A DNA stretch of 64,000 nucleotides from Thermodesulfobacteriota bacterium. Its GTDB lineage: Bacteria; Desulfobacterota; Binatia; Bin18. Shown here one piece after another: positions 9,514-19,327 of the stretch (position 1 is the first letter of the stretch; the number at the start of each line of letters is the position of its first letter). The notes beneath the pieces were generated by a model. That model was not told where the DNA came from, did not search any database, and worked only from the letters and a program-made list of their open reading frames with translations. A program made the translations under genes and the position numbers. The DNA lies in NCBI GenBank assembly GCA_964291405.2, contig OZ219926.1:1440001-1504000 (forward strand). Reading direction: 5' to 3'.

Positions 9514-10388
9514 ACGATAAAAAAACGGACAAGGGGATTTTGGTGCGGAAGGTGCAATTCGAGTTTCCCGAGGACTTCAAACCTTACTGGAACTCCACCA
9601 AACCGGTATTCAGTCAGTTGGCCAATGCTGCCTCAATGTTCTTACCGTACATGGAACCGTTTATTATTGATTCTATTCGGAAAGCGCTCCCCCACATCAC
9701 CGACCCCGCCCTGCGCGAAGAAGCCAAAGCCTGGATGGGCCAGGAAGCCCAGCACTTTAAACAACACCGGCAGTTTAACGAGGCGTTGATTGCCGCCGGC
9801 TATCCGCAGCTCCGCGAGCGGGAAAAACAGATAGAGCAGGAGTATCAAACACGCGGCAAACGCTCCCTCAAATACCAAGTCGCCTACACCGCCGGCTTTG
9901 AAGTCATGGCTCTGTCGATCGCGCATACGCTGCTCGAACAGCGTGAATATTTCTTTGGCGAAGCCGACCGGCCTGTAGCTTCTATGTGGCTCTGGCATTT
10001 GATCGAGGAAATCGAGCACAAGAATCTCGCCTTTGATGTGTATCAACATGTATATGGCGGGCACTGGTACCGCGCCTACGGCATTGTGTGTGCCCTTATC
10101 CATCAAGTGGGCATGATGCGGGGCACGTATATCGAGTTACTTAAAGCCGATGGACTATGGGGGAAGTGGAAGACGCACTGGGAAATTAAAAAGATTGCCT
10201 TCCGCTTATTCGTCTCCTTCCTCCCACGGACAATCCGTTACGCCATGCCGGGCCATCATCCGTCTCGTGTCGCCAATCCGGAATGGATGAAGGAGTGGGT
10301 CGCGCTCTTCGACAAAGGGGAAGTTGGGCTGACTAAGCTCGATACTACCAAGATGGGCTTGTCGCCAAAGGATATGTTGCCTGCGTGA
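9510..10388 (+). CDS. predicted metal-dependent hydrolase family protein (ferritin-like, ExxH x2)
   Basis: VRKVQFEF..W, LPYMEPFII, GQEAQH..QH..FN, WLWHLIEEIEHKNLAFDVY, PGHHP. Confidence 0.85.
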   Translation: MNDKKTDKGILVRKVQFEFPEDFKPYWNSTKPVFSQLANAASMFLPYMEPFIIDSIRKALPHITDPALREEAKAWMGQEAQHFKQHRQFNEALIAAGYPQLREREKQIEQEYQTRGKRSLKYQVAYTAGFEVMALSIAHTLLEQREYFFGEADRPVASMWLWHLIEEIEHKNLAFDVYQHVYGGHWYRAYGIVCALIHQVGMMRGTYIELLKADGLWGKWKTHWEIKKIAFRLFVSFLPRTIRYAMPGHHPSRVANPEWMKEWVALFDKGEVGLTKLDTTKMGLSPKDMLPA

Positions 10389-10489
10389 TGGATGGTCTGG
10401 CAGAAATCATTACCGCCCGAGGCGAAGGCTTCGAGCAGACCATGCAGCATACGAGCGCCTGGTTTCAGGAACATCTGCCGGTACGCTAA
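10388..10489 (+). pseudogene. probable orphan C-terminal fragment of an alpha/beta hydrolase (or a 33-aa ORF)
   Basis: MDGLAEIITARGEGFEQTMQHTSAWFQEHLPVR*; the tail fits the terminal helix of alpha/beta hydrolases (F......WF.EHL). Confidence 0.45.
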
Positions 10490-10582
10490 GGCGAACCATA
10501 CAGCTACGAGGTATCACACGGTGGGTTGGACGATGTTTCGATACTCTACCCGGACATGAAGGAAGAGAAAGGAAGCTGAGCA

Positions 10583-12328
10583 ATGCACGATCTTATCATT
10601 CAAGGTGGAACGATTGTTGATGGAACCGGACAGCCGAGTTTCACCGGCGATGTTGCAGTGACGGATGGCAAGGTTAGCGGGGTCGGCTCGGATTTGGGCC
10701 GAGCGAAACGGACATTAAAGGCGGACGGACTGATAGTGGCCCCTGGCTGGGTGGATGTGCATACCCATTACGATGGTCAGGTATCGTGGGACCCGCTGCT
10801 GACTCCATCTTTATGGCATGGAGTGTCGACGATCGTGATGGGCAACTGCGGCGTGGGCTTTGCACCGGTTGTACCCGAGCGTCGCGAAGAACTGATTGGC
10901 ATGATGGAGAGCGTTGAGGATATTCCGCGCCAATCCTTGACCGCTGGCATCGATTGGCAGTGGGAAACCTTCCCGGAATATCTGGACGCGCTCGACGCTA
11001 TTCCCCGCACGATTGATGTTGGCACGCAGATACCGCATATCCCCTTGCGTCTGTACGTCATGGGCGAGCGGGGAGCTGGCAAAGAACCAGCCACACCAGA
11101 AGATATCGAACAAATGGCGACCATGACTCGGGCGGCTATCGAAGCCGGTGCGCTAGGCTTCTCCACTTCTCGGACTATGGTGCATGCTACGCCGGAAGGC
11201 GTGCCCGTCCCCGGTACCTTTGCCAGTCCGGACGAGTTGTTGGGTATTGGTCGCGGGATTACCCAAACCGGACGCGGCCTCATGGAAGTCGTCTCAGATG
11301 CCGTACTTGGACAGAACATTGATAGCGAACTGGGCTGGATGCAGGAGTTGGCGGCAACTGGCTGCCCGGTGACATTTCTACTCGCACAGACGAATCCACA
11401 GCCTCATGTCTGGCGGGATATTTTGCAGCGCTGTGAAGCGGCCACGAACAGCGGGGCGCGGATTATTCCGCAGGTCTTTGCCCGACCGGTTACCATTCTG
11501 TTCAGTTTTCAAGGGGAAAACCCATTCCAATATTTGCCGAGCTATGCACCGCTCAAGGACCTCCCGCATGAAGAAAAAATGCAGGCCCTCCGCAACCCTG
11601 ATGTGCGGAGGCGTTTACTAGCTGAGGAGGACCCAAACACGGCTGGTATGTCTATCTTGTATCAACAGGAATCCACGTGGCAGATGACCTACCCCATAGG
11701 CCAGCCGCTCAACTACTTCCCCGATGGAGACAATAACGTCGCTGCCATAGCCGCCCAGCGCGGCTGCAATCCGCGCGAGGTTGTGTACGACCTGTTGTTA
11801 GAGGACAACGGGCGGGCCTTCCTCATGTATGCCATTGCCGGCTATGCCGAGCAGAGTCGTGACCCGTTGTACGAAATGCTGACCCATCCCCTGACCGTCA
11901 TGGGTGGGAGTGACTCGGGTGCTCATATGCGCACGATCTGCGATGCCAGTGTCCAGACCTTTATGCTGATCGACTGGGTACGGGACCGCACCGAAGACGA
12001 TCCGTACCATCTGCCGATTGAACTTGTGGTCAAGAAGCAGAGCCGCGATACAGCCCGGCTGTTCGGCATGCACGATCGGGGCACGTTAGAGCTCGGCATG
12101 AAGGCTGATTTGAACCTCATAGACCTGGGCGCGCTCCGCATTGAGAAGCCGGAAATGGTGCACGACCTGCCCGCCGATATGCCCCGCCTGATGCAGACGG
12201 CCCACGGTTACGTGGCCTCGTTGGTCAGTGGAGAGATTGTACAAGAAAACGGCAAAGCAGCCGGAGCCCGTCCGGGGAAAGTCGTCAGAAGCGGCACGTG
12301 TGCACAACAGCAGCGGGTGGCTGCTTGA
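10583..12328 (+). CDS. N-acyl-D-amino-acid deacylase-like amidohydrolase
   Basis: PGWVDVHTHYDGQ, MGNCGVGFAP, ALGFSTSR, SDSGAH. Confidence 0.9.
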   Translation: MHDLIIQGGTIVDGTGQPSFTGDVAVTDGKVSGVGSDLGRAKRTLKADGLIVAPGWVDVHTHYDGQVSWDPLLTPSLWHGVSTIVMGNCGVGFAPVVPERREELIGMMESVEDIPRQSLTAGIDWQWETFPEYLDALDAIPRTIDVGTQIPHIPLRLYVMGERGAGKEPATPEDIEQMATMTRAAIEAGALGFSTSRTMVHATPEGVPVPGTFASPDELLGIGRGITQTGRGLMEVVSDAVLGQNIDSELGWMQELAATGCPVTFLLAQTNPQPHVWRDILQRCEAATNSGARIIPQVFARPVTILFSFQGENPFQYLPSYAPLKDLPHEEKMQALRNPDVRRRLLAEEDPNTAGMSILYQQESTWQMTYPIGQPLNYFPDGDNNVAAIAAQRGCNPREVVYDLLLEDNGRAFLMYAIAGYAEQSRDPLYEMLTHPLTVMGGSDSGAHMRTICDASVQTFMLIDWVRDRTEDDPYHLPIELVVKKQSRDTARLFGMHDRGTLELGMKADLNLIDLGALRIEKPEMVHDLPADMPRLMQTAHGYVASLVSGEIVQENGKAAGARPGKVVRSGTCAQQQRVAA

Positions 12329-12387
12329 TGACGAGACTCAAAATAATCAATACGCACCAAAACAACAGGGAGAAAAAGGAGGACCCT

Positions 12388-13527
12388 ATGCAGTTCGGTA
12401 TGTTGTATGAGATGGAAACGCCTCGCCCGTGGAATAAACGGAGTAGCTATAACGTCTACCACGAAGCCTTGGCCCAGATTGAGCTGGCCGATAAACTTGG
12501 CTTCGACTATGTGTGGGAAGTTGAACACCACTTTCTGGAGGAATATTCACATAGTCCAGCTCCCGAAGTGTTCTATGGTGCGGTATCTCAGCGAACCAAA
12601 AATATCCGCATTGCCCACGGGGTACGTCTCCTGCCGCATCGCTTTAACCACCCCATTAAAATTGCTGAACAGGCTGCTGTGCTCGATATTCTGAGCAACG
12701 GCCGTATGGACCTGGGCACGGGCCGCTCAACCACGGCGCAGGAGCTTGACGGCTTTGGTGTGGATTATGATCGGACGCGACTGGAAGTCCGTGAGGCGTT
12801 GGATGTGATTGTCAAAGCCTGGACTGACGAGATTCTGGAATATAAAGGCGAGACTATTACTGTACCGCCACGCATGGTGGTGCCCAAACCCATTCAGGAG
12901 CCGCATCCACCGATGTGGATGGCCTGTGTAGCGCCGGACAGCTACGAGATGGCAGCCGACCGTGGACTCGGCGTCCTGAGCTTTAGTTTCAATTGGGACG
13001 GTGTGCAAGCCTCAATTGACGCCTATCGTCAAGCGTGTCCGAAGCGTTCGGATCAAGTTGTCAAAGTCGTGAATGAACGGTTCGCCGGTTTGGTTATTTG
13101 TCATGTGTCAGGAACCAAAGACGAAGAGACGACAGGTATCGAGGGCGCCCGCTGGTTTCTGCACAATATCGCGAAACTGTTTGAGCCGCTGATGGTAAAA
13201 AACCAGTTGTACTCCTACGAATACCTGCGCGCCCTGTTCGACCTAGGGGCGGACGCCAATGATCTCAGCGATGCTGAGATCAAGGCACATCCCATGGTCA
13301 TCGTAGGCAACCCTGATGAAGTCAATCGCAAGCTGGAAAAGTTTCATGCGTCGGGTCTCGACCAGATTATCTTCTTCAAGCAGGCGGGTCGTATTCCGCA
13401 CCAGAACATCATGCGCTCGATTCGCCGGATTGGAGAGTCTGTCATTCCATATTTCAATCCCAGCAAGGCGGTTGTGACTGAGGTTGACCCGCAGTGGGCC
13501 GAAGAAAAGGTCGCAGTCGGACAATAG
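12388..13527 (+). CDS. luciferase-like (LLM class) flavin-dependent oxidoreductase
   Basis: GFDYVWEVEHHF..YSHSPAPE, HPIKIAEQAAVLDILSNGR, PKPIQEPHPP; AGGAGG RBS. Confidence 0.9.
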   Translation: MQFGMLYEMETPRPWNKRSSYNVYHEALAQIELADKLGFDYVWEVEHHFLEEYSHSPAPEVFYGAVSQRTKNIRIAHGVRLLPHRFNHPIKIAEQAAVLDILSNGRMDLGTGRSTTAQELDGFGVDYDRTRLEVREALDVIVKAWTDEILEYKGETITVPPRMVVPKPIQEPHPPMWMACVAPDSYEMAADRGLGVLSFSFNWDGVQASIDAYRQACPKRSDQVVKVVNERFAGLVICHVSGTKDEETTGIEGARWFLHNIAKLFEPLMVKNQLYSYEYLRALFDLGADANDLSDAEIKAHPMVIVGNPDEVNRKLEKFHASGLDQIIFFKQAGRIPHQNIMRSIRRIGESVIPYFNPSKAVVTEVDPQWAEEKVAVGQ

Positions 13528-13640
13528 CAGCGCGCCAAGCGACCGGTCGGTTGGACGCCACACGGCCATCACACAGGTCTCCGCGTATTCTCTTTTGGAG
13601 CCGGTGTGGCCGTACTTGAGGTGACATACAGGAGAGAGAT

Positions 13641-14792
13641 ATGGCAAAGGCACAAAGCGGGCTGATTGTCGATGCAGACGGGCATGTCTTAGAGCCCTTG
13701 GATACATGGCAGAAGTATATTGACCCTCAATACCGAGACCGGGCCGTGCGTATGGAGCACGATGAGAACGGCTGGGAAGTATTGCTGTTCGATAACAAGC
13801 CGTGTGAAGTCGCCCGTGGCACGCTCGGCGCGATTGGCGGTGTGGGCTCAGATGCCGAAGAACTCGAAGCCTTTTTCACCCCAGGCAAGCGCACGTATGC
13901 GGATGGCGCGCCGCTGGGCAGTTACGACCCGAAGGCGCGTATCAAAGTCATGGATGAAGAGCAGATTGATGTTGCTCTACTGTATCCGACTATTGGGATC
14001 TTCTGGGAAGGCTGGATCACGGAAGCCAAGCTGGCCGCAGCGTATACGCGGGCGTATAACCGTTGGATTATAGACTTCTGCAGCGACCATCCCAAACGGC
14101 TCTTTCCGATCGCCCATATCTCTTTGCTCGATCCGGAAGGTGCGGCAGATGAAGTAAAGTGGGCCAAGGAGCAGGGCTGTGTCGGCGTGTACCTGTCCCC
14201 GGATATGCCTGCCCGAGGTGGAAAACATTTTGATGATTCGGCCTTTGTCCGTTTTTGGGAGACCGTGCAGGATTTAGACATGCCGGTCGGGTTTCATGTG
14301 ATAGTGCGCGATCAACCGTCATTTCAAGAATGGCTCAAGCCGGATGCGTCAGCCGGGTTGTTTACCTTTGCCTTCCTGGCCATTGATGTCATGGCCGCCT
14401 TCACCCAGATGATGTCGCTCGGCATGTTTGAGAAGTACCCACGTCTGAAATGTACTGTCCTCGAATCCGGTGCGAACTGGATCTCGGCCTGGCTTGACCG
14501 ACTCGACCATAAGTATCGCCCCATGGCCAGCCGGACCAATCTCAAAATGCCACCGAGTGAGTACTTCTATCGTCAATGCCTGGTGTCGGCAGATCCTGAT
14601 GAGACGCTGACCGCCAAGGTCATCGAACATATTGGTTCGGACTATTTTCTGTGGGCGTCAGACTATCCGCATATTGATGCCGACTTCGGTGTAGTCAAAG
14701 AACTCAAGGAGCGCATTGCGCCGTTGCCCGTGACAGATCAGCGCAAGGTGCTGGGCGAAAATGCAATCCGTTTCTATGGATTGAACGTGTGA
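13641..14792 (+). CDS. amidohydrolase_2 family protein
   Basis: VDADGHVLEP, RAYNRW, LESG, WASDYPH, LGENA. Confidence 0.9.
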   Translation: MAKAQSGLIVDADGHVLEPLDTWQKYIDPQYRDRAVRMEHDENGWEVLLFDNKPCEVARGTLGAIGGVGSDAEELEAFFTPGKRTYADGAPLGSYDPKARIKVMDEEQIDVALLYPTIGIFWEGWITEAKLAAAYTRAYNRWIIDFCSDHPKRLFPIAHISLLDPEGAADEVKWAKEQGCVGVYLSPDMPARGGKHFDDSAFVRFWETVQDLDMPVGFHVIVRDQPSFQEWLKPDASAGLFTFAFLAIDVMAAFTQMMSLGMFEKYPRLKCTVLESGANWISAWLDRLDHKYRPMASRTNLKMPPSEYFYRQCLVSADPDETLTAKVIEHIGSDYFLWASDYPHIDADFGVVKELKERIAPLPVTDQRKVLGENAIRFYGLNV

Positions 14793-14839
14793 GATAGGGA
14801 CATCCGGTTCGAATTCCTGACTGGCGAAGGAGGAGCAGC

Positions 14840-15262
14840 ATGGCTGGCCGATTAGCCGGAAAAGTAGCAGTGGTGACTGGCGGCAGTTCAGGTATAGGCC
14901 GGGCTACCGCGCAGATTTTTGCCCGTGAAGGGGCCAAGGTTGTTGTGGCCGATGTCGGAGTTGAGGGCGGCGCAGAAACCGTGCGCCTGATTACCGGCTC
15001 GGGTGGAGAAGCAACATTTGTCCAAACCGATGTCGGGCAAATGGAAATCCCGGTGCCGATGACTCAGGCATTAGCCACAGACGGCAAGCTGTATCGGGTC
15101 ACAGCAGACGGCCAACCCCATCTCGTGGCCGCAGGCTTTATCAATCCAACCGGCGTCCTGGTTGTTGATGACGCCGTGTGGGTCTCGGATATCAATGGGG
15201 ACTTTATTGCGGGTAAGCGTGAGCTGCCGGAAGGCTTTGTGGTGAAAGTGCAGGCGCAATAA
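14840..15262 (+). pseudogene. chimeric ORF: SDR N-terminus fused to the C-terminus of a beta-propeller-like protein
   Basis: First 65 aa are SDR (TGGSSGIG..FVQTDV) with no NNAG or YxxxK; after about 15034 it reads GKLYRVTADG..AAGFINPTGVLVVDDAVWVSD. Confidence 0.75.
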
Positions 15263-15324
15263 CACGACGAAACAGGGGGTTGAAAGGGTAAGGATGAGCG
15301 CCTTGTGAAAAGGAGGGCTTAGGT

Positions 15325-15657
15325 ATGTCAACGCGCGAAAAGGTGTATGCGGTTCTGGTTATCGTGGGAGTTCTCCTCCCCATGTACTACAACGTCCAGT
15401 ACATGGGCGCAGGTGGGAATCTTCTGGTTGATTTTTTCACCGTGCCGATGGAAAGCGCGGTGACAGCCTCGCTCCTGTTCGACCTGTTAGTCGCGTTTAT
15501 CGCGTATAACGTTTGGTTATTCTCCGAGGGACGAACGCTGGGGACGCGTAATTTTGTTATCTGCCTCGCGGTCTCATGGCTGGTGGCATTTTCCGCCGGT
15601 CTACCGTTATTCCTGTTGCTCCGTGAGCGGCAGAGACGGTTTGCTGAGAGCGCTTAG
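15325..15657 (+). CDS. DUF2834-like membrane protein
   Basis: 3 hydrophobic helices, DLL, and the SAGLPLFLLLRER ending. Confidence 0.75.
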   Translation: MSTREKVYAVLVIVGVLLPMYYNVQYMGAGGNLLVDFFTVPMESAVTASLLFDLLVAFIAYNVWLFSEGRTLGTRNFVICLAVSWLVAFSAGLPLFLLLRERQRRFAESA

Positions 15658-15680
15658 ACTCGTTAAGGAGGGGTTTCCGT

Positions 15681-16868
15681 ATGGACTTTAATCCACTCTC
15701 CCCGGAGGTAACTGCCAACCCGTATCCGTACTACACCGAGCTGAGGAACAAAGCCCCGGTCATTTGGCTTGAGACTTTTCAGTGCTGGGCGCTGAGTCGG
15801 TATGCTGATGTGGACTTTGCCCTGCGGAACCCGCAAATTTTCTCATCTTCGGTATTTACGGCTGAAGCCATGGGCGATCTGAATCCCGTCCCAGAGGTAC
15901 CGTGGATTCTCGATATGAATCCTCCCGACCATACCCGGCTGCGGAAGCTGGCGAATAAGGGCTTCGCACCGCGCCTGATCCGGGCACTGGAGCCGCGTGT
16001 GCGGGCGACTACCCAAGAACTGATCGGAGCCCTGCGCAGTCAGCCGGAGGGTGATCTCGTTGCAACCCTCTCCGGACCGCTCCCAACGACCGTGATCGCG
16101 GAAATGCTCGGTGTCGAGCCTGAACGGCGCGATGACTTTAAGGTCTGGTCGGATGACGTGGTCAGAGCAACAAGTCGTCCGACTGACGAGACCGAGCGGG
16201 CTCAGATTCGCAAGAGCGAAGCTGAACTCCGGGCCTATTTTGAGCAGATGATAGAGCGCCGACGAACGGAGCCTGGAGAGGACGTGATTACTGCTCTGGT
16301 GCAAGCCGAAGAGGAGCACGATATGCTGTCTTCAAAAGAGATTCTCGCTTTGGCCGTCTTACTGCTGTTAGCCGGGAATGAGACCACGACCAACTTAATT
16401 GGAAATGCAGTTCTTACCTTACTCGACCACCCTGATGAATTGGCAAAAGTTCGTGCGGATCGTTCGCTCGTGCCGGCGCTAGTCGAGGAAGTCCTGCGTT
16501 ATAATTCGCCCGTTCAGGTCATTTTTCGTCGGACGGCCCAGGATGTGGAGATGGAAGGCAGTAAGATTCCAGCCGGACAGAACGTCTTTTTACTATTGGG
16601 ATCGGCAAACCGCGATGAGCGTCAATTCCCCGAGCCAGATCGTTTTGACATCGCCCGCAATCCGCAGGATCACGTCGCCTTTGGCTATGGCATCCATTAT
16701 TGCTTGGGCGCACCGTTGGCTCGGCTGGAAGGCCGGAATGCGTTAGAAGCGCTGCTGTTTGACTGTCCCCCTTTTCGTCTTGCAGTTGAACGGGTCGATC
16801 CGATTGCGTCGCTCATTGTCCGGGGCCCACAGACTTTACCGCTCCGGTTTGATACAGCAGGAGCGTAG
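15681..16868 (+). CDS. cytochrome P450
   Basis: NPPDHTRLR, AGNETT, EEVLR, FGYGIHYCLG. Confidence 0.95.
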   Translation: MDFNPLSPEVTANPYPYYTELRNKAPVIWLETFQCWALSRYADVDFALRNPQIFSSSVFTAEAMGDLNPVPEVPWILDMNPPDHTRLRKLANKGFAPRLIRALEPRVRATTQELIGALRSQPEGDLVATLSGPLPTTVIAEMLGVEPERRDDFKVWSDDVVRATSRPTDETERAQIRKSEAELRAYFEQMIERRRTEPGEDVITALVQAEEEHDMLSSKEILALAVLLLLAGNETTTNLIGNAVLTLLDHPDELAKVRADRSLVPALVEEVLRYNSPVQVIFRRTAQDVEMEGSKIPAGQNVFLLLGSANRDERQFPEPDRFDIARNPQDHVAFGYGIHYCLGAPLARLEGRNALEALLFDCPPFRLAVERVDPIASLIVRGPQTLPLRFDTAGA

Positions 16869-16895
16869 AGTCTGAGCAAAAAAAGGAGGAATACC

Positions 16896-18104
16896 ATGGC
16901 AGTGCAGGGAACGTGCGATCAAAAGTTTCAGGAAGTACGGCAGGAGTTCGAGCGCAATTTTGCAGAGCGTGGTGAAGTTGGCGCCTCGGTGTGTGTGACC
17001 GTCGGCGGGCAAACCGTAGTTGACCTGTGGGGCGGGACGGCCAATACCGAGACCAATACGCCGTGGACGGATGAGACGGTCAGCATCGTCTTTTCCTCAA
17101 CAAAGGGGGCGACGGCTATCTGCGCTCACGTGCTGGCCTCGCGCGGCCAACTCGACCTCGACGCGCCGGTCGCCAGCTACTGGCCCGAGTTTGCCCAGGC
17201 CGGCAAAGAACATATCCAGGTAAAGATGCTGCTCAATCATCAGGCCGGCCTACCAGCCGTGCGCAAGGATCTGCCGCAAGGGGCCTATGCGGATTGGGAT
17301 TTGATGGTCGATGCTCTGGCCAAAGAAGAACCGTTTTGGGAGCCCGGCACCCGGAACGGCTACCATGCCCTCACCTATGGCTGGCTGATCGGCGAGGTGG
17401 TCCGACGCGTCTCCGGCAAGTCACTCGGCACCTTCTTTCGGGACGAGATCGCCCAGCCCCTGGGTCTGGACTTCTGGATCGGTTTACCCGAAGACAAAGA
17501 ATCCAGGGTCGCCCCCATGATTGCCGCCGAGCCCGACCTGAACAGCGCACTCTTTCAGGAAATGGCCATACCGGGCACGCTGGCGGCCTTGGCTATACTC
17601 AACGTCGGAGGTTATATGGGCGCCGTTCCCGAGTATGACACCCGGGCCGCGCACGCCGCGGAAATCGGCGGGGCGGGCGGGATCACCAATGCCCGTGGGC
17701 TAGCGGGCATGTATGAGCCACTCGCCCTGGGCGGCAAAAAAGGCGGCGTCGAACTGGTCAACTCCGAGACCCTGGCTCGGATGGGCCGCGTGTCGTCTTC
17801 AACCGGCAGAGACGCCGTGCTGGTCATGCCGACCCGGTTTGCCCTGGGCTTTATGAAAACCATGGACAACCGCCAGGAGCCGGCTGGCGTGCAGGATAGT
17901 GTCCTGTTCTCGGAGGAGGCGTTCGGGCATGTTGGCGCGGGCGGCTCGTTCGGTTTTGCCGACCCGAAAGCCGGCATGTCGTTTGGCTATACCATGAACC
18001 GGATGGGCTCAGGCGCATCCCTTAACGAGCGGGGACAGAGCTTGGTCGATGCCGTCTATCGCGCGCTCGGTTATCAGTCCAGTGAATCGGGTGCCTGGAG
18101 GTAA
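16896..18104 (+). CDS. beta-lactamase-family serine hydrolase/esterase (EstB-like)
   Basis: FSSTKG (SxxK), LLNHQAGL, PGTRNGYHA, FGHVGAGGS. Confidence 0.9.
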   Translation: MAVQGTCDQKFQEVRQEFERNFAERGEVGASVCVTVGGQTVVDLWGGTANTETNTPWTDETVSIVFSSTKGATAICAHVLASRGQLDLDAPVASYWPEFAQAGKEHIQVKMLLNHQAGLPAVRKDLPQGAYADWDLMVDALAKEEPFWEPGTRNGYHALTYGWLIGEVVRRVSGKSLGTFFRDEIAQPLGLDFWIGLPEDKESRVAPMIAAEPDLNSALFQEMAIPGTLAALAILNVGGYMGAVPEYDTRAAHAAEIGGAGGITNARGLAGMYEPLALGGKKGGVELVNSETLARMGRVSSSTGRDAVLVMPTRFALGFMKTMDNRQEPAGVQDSVLFSEEAFGHVGAGGSFGFADPKAGMSFGYTMNRMGSGASLNERGQSLVDAVYRALGYQSSESGAWR

Positions 18105-18127
18105 GCGCAGCGTTACAGGAGGGTTGA

Positions 18128-19309
18128 ATGCCACGCATCATCGAAGAACAGATTGATACACTCAACTTCCGGGGAGCGGTAGACGCAGACGGCCATATCC
18201 TTGAAGCCGCAGACCTGTGGGAAACGTATTGTGACCCCAAATATCGCTCAACGGCGATACGCTTAAAGGTTGACGATCAGGACATGGATTACTTGGAAAT
18301 CTGTGGGAAGCCTTCACGGGTCAACCGCGGCGGAGCATTCTCGAGTGTTGGGTCGATGGGCCAAGTGACGCGAGAAAAAGGTGAGGTTAATCTGCACCAA
18401 CATTATGGTGATGAGTTTTTACTCGGAGCAATGGATGCCAAGCAACGGATGCAACGCCTCGATTTAGAGGGACTCGATGCCGCGATTATTTACCCAAGCC
18501 TCGATCTGGTGTGGGAAACTGAATGTGAAGATGCCGACTATGCCCAGGCTATGTGCCGGGCGTATAACCGCTGGATCGTGGATTGGTGTTCTGACAGTGG
18601 CGGCCGCTTGATTCCAGTTGCCCATCTTTCGCTGGGCGACCCACACGCCGCGGCAGAAGAGTTGGAACGGGCCGTCAAAGCCGGCTGTAAAGGCGGGTGG
18701 GTCGTCCAGTTTGTCATGACCCGAAAACCGCATGCCCATCCAGACCATGATGTCTTGTTCGCCAAAGCCCAGGAGCTTGACGTCCCATTAGGGGTACATC
18801 CATCCCTCGAACCCCAGTGGGCACTGCCGGGCCGCTACGATCTGGAGTATGTCCGTAAGCAGAGCTTCTTTCTGAATGTCACAGCCTCGGACGCTGCCCG
18901 GCACGCGCTCGCGAGTTTTATGCAGTACGGTACGTTTGAGAAATTTCCAAAACTCAAACTCGTCATTCTCGAAGTTGGCGCAGGTTGGGCCAGTTATTGG
19001 CTCGACCGCATGGACGCCGTGTATGACAGCATCATTGGTCGTTCGTTACCGATCAAAGAGCGCCCCAGTGAATATTTCAAACGTAACGTGTGGATCTCCG
19101 CCGATCCGGACGAAAAAGCGCTCCCTGCTATGGTTGACCTGCTCGGAGCGGATCGTTTCTTCTGGGCATCCGACTTTCCTCATCCCGACCATACGGGAGA
19201 CTATATTAAAGAGTTGGAGAACCTCACGACAAAGATGCCGGAACAATCCCGGCTCCAGGTCTTAGGGGAAAACGTCCGGCGCGTCTACAATTGTCCAGTC
19301 GGGAGTTAG
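18128..19309 (+). CDS. amidohydrolase_2 family protein
   Basis: VDADGHILE, RAYNRW, WASDFPH; paralog of 13641-14792. Confidence 0.9.
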   Translation: MPRIIEEQIDTLNFRGAVDADGHILEAADLWETYCDPKYRSTAIRLKVDDQDMDYLEICGKPSRVNRGGAFSSVGSMGQVTREKGEVNLHQHYGDEFLLGAMDAKQRMQRLDLEGLDAAIIYPSLDLVWETECEDADYAQAMCRAYNRWIVDWCSDSGGRLIPVAHLSLGDPHAAAEELERAVKAGCKGGWVVQFVMTRKPHAHPDHDVLFAKAQELDVPLGVHPSLEPQWALPGRYDLEYVRKQSFFLNVTASDAARHALASFMQYGTFEKFPKLKLVILEVGAGWASYWLDRMDAVYDSIIGRSLPIKERPSEYFKRNVWISADPDEKALPAMVDLLGADRFFWASDFPHPDHTGDYIKELENLTTKMPEQSRLQVLGENVRRVYNCPVGS

Positions 19310-19327
19310 CGGAGAAAGGCAGAGGTC

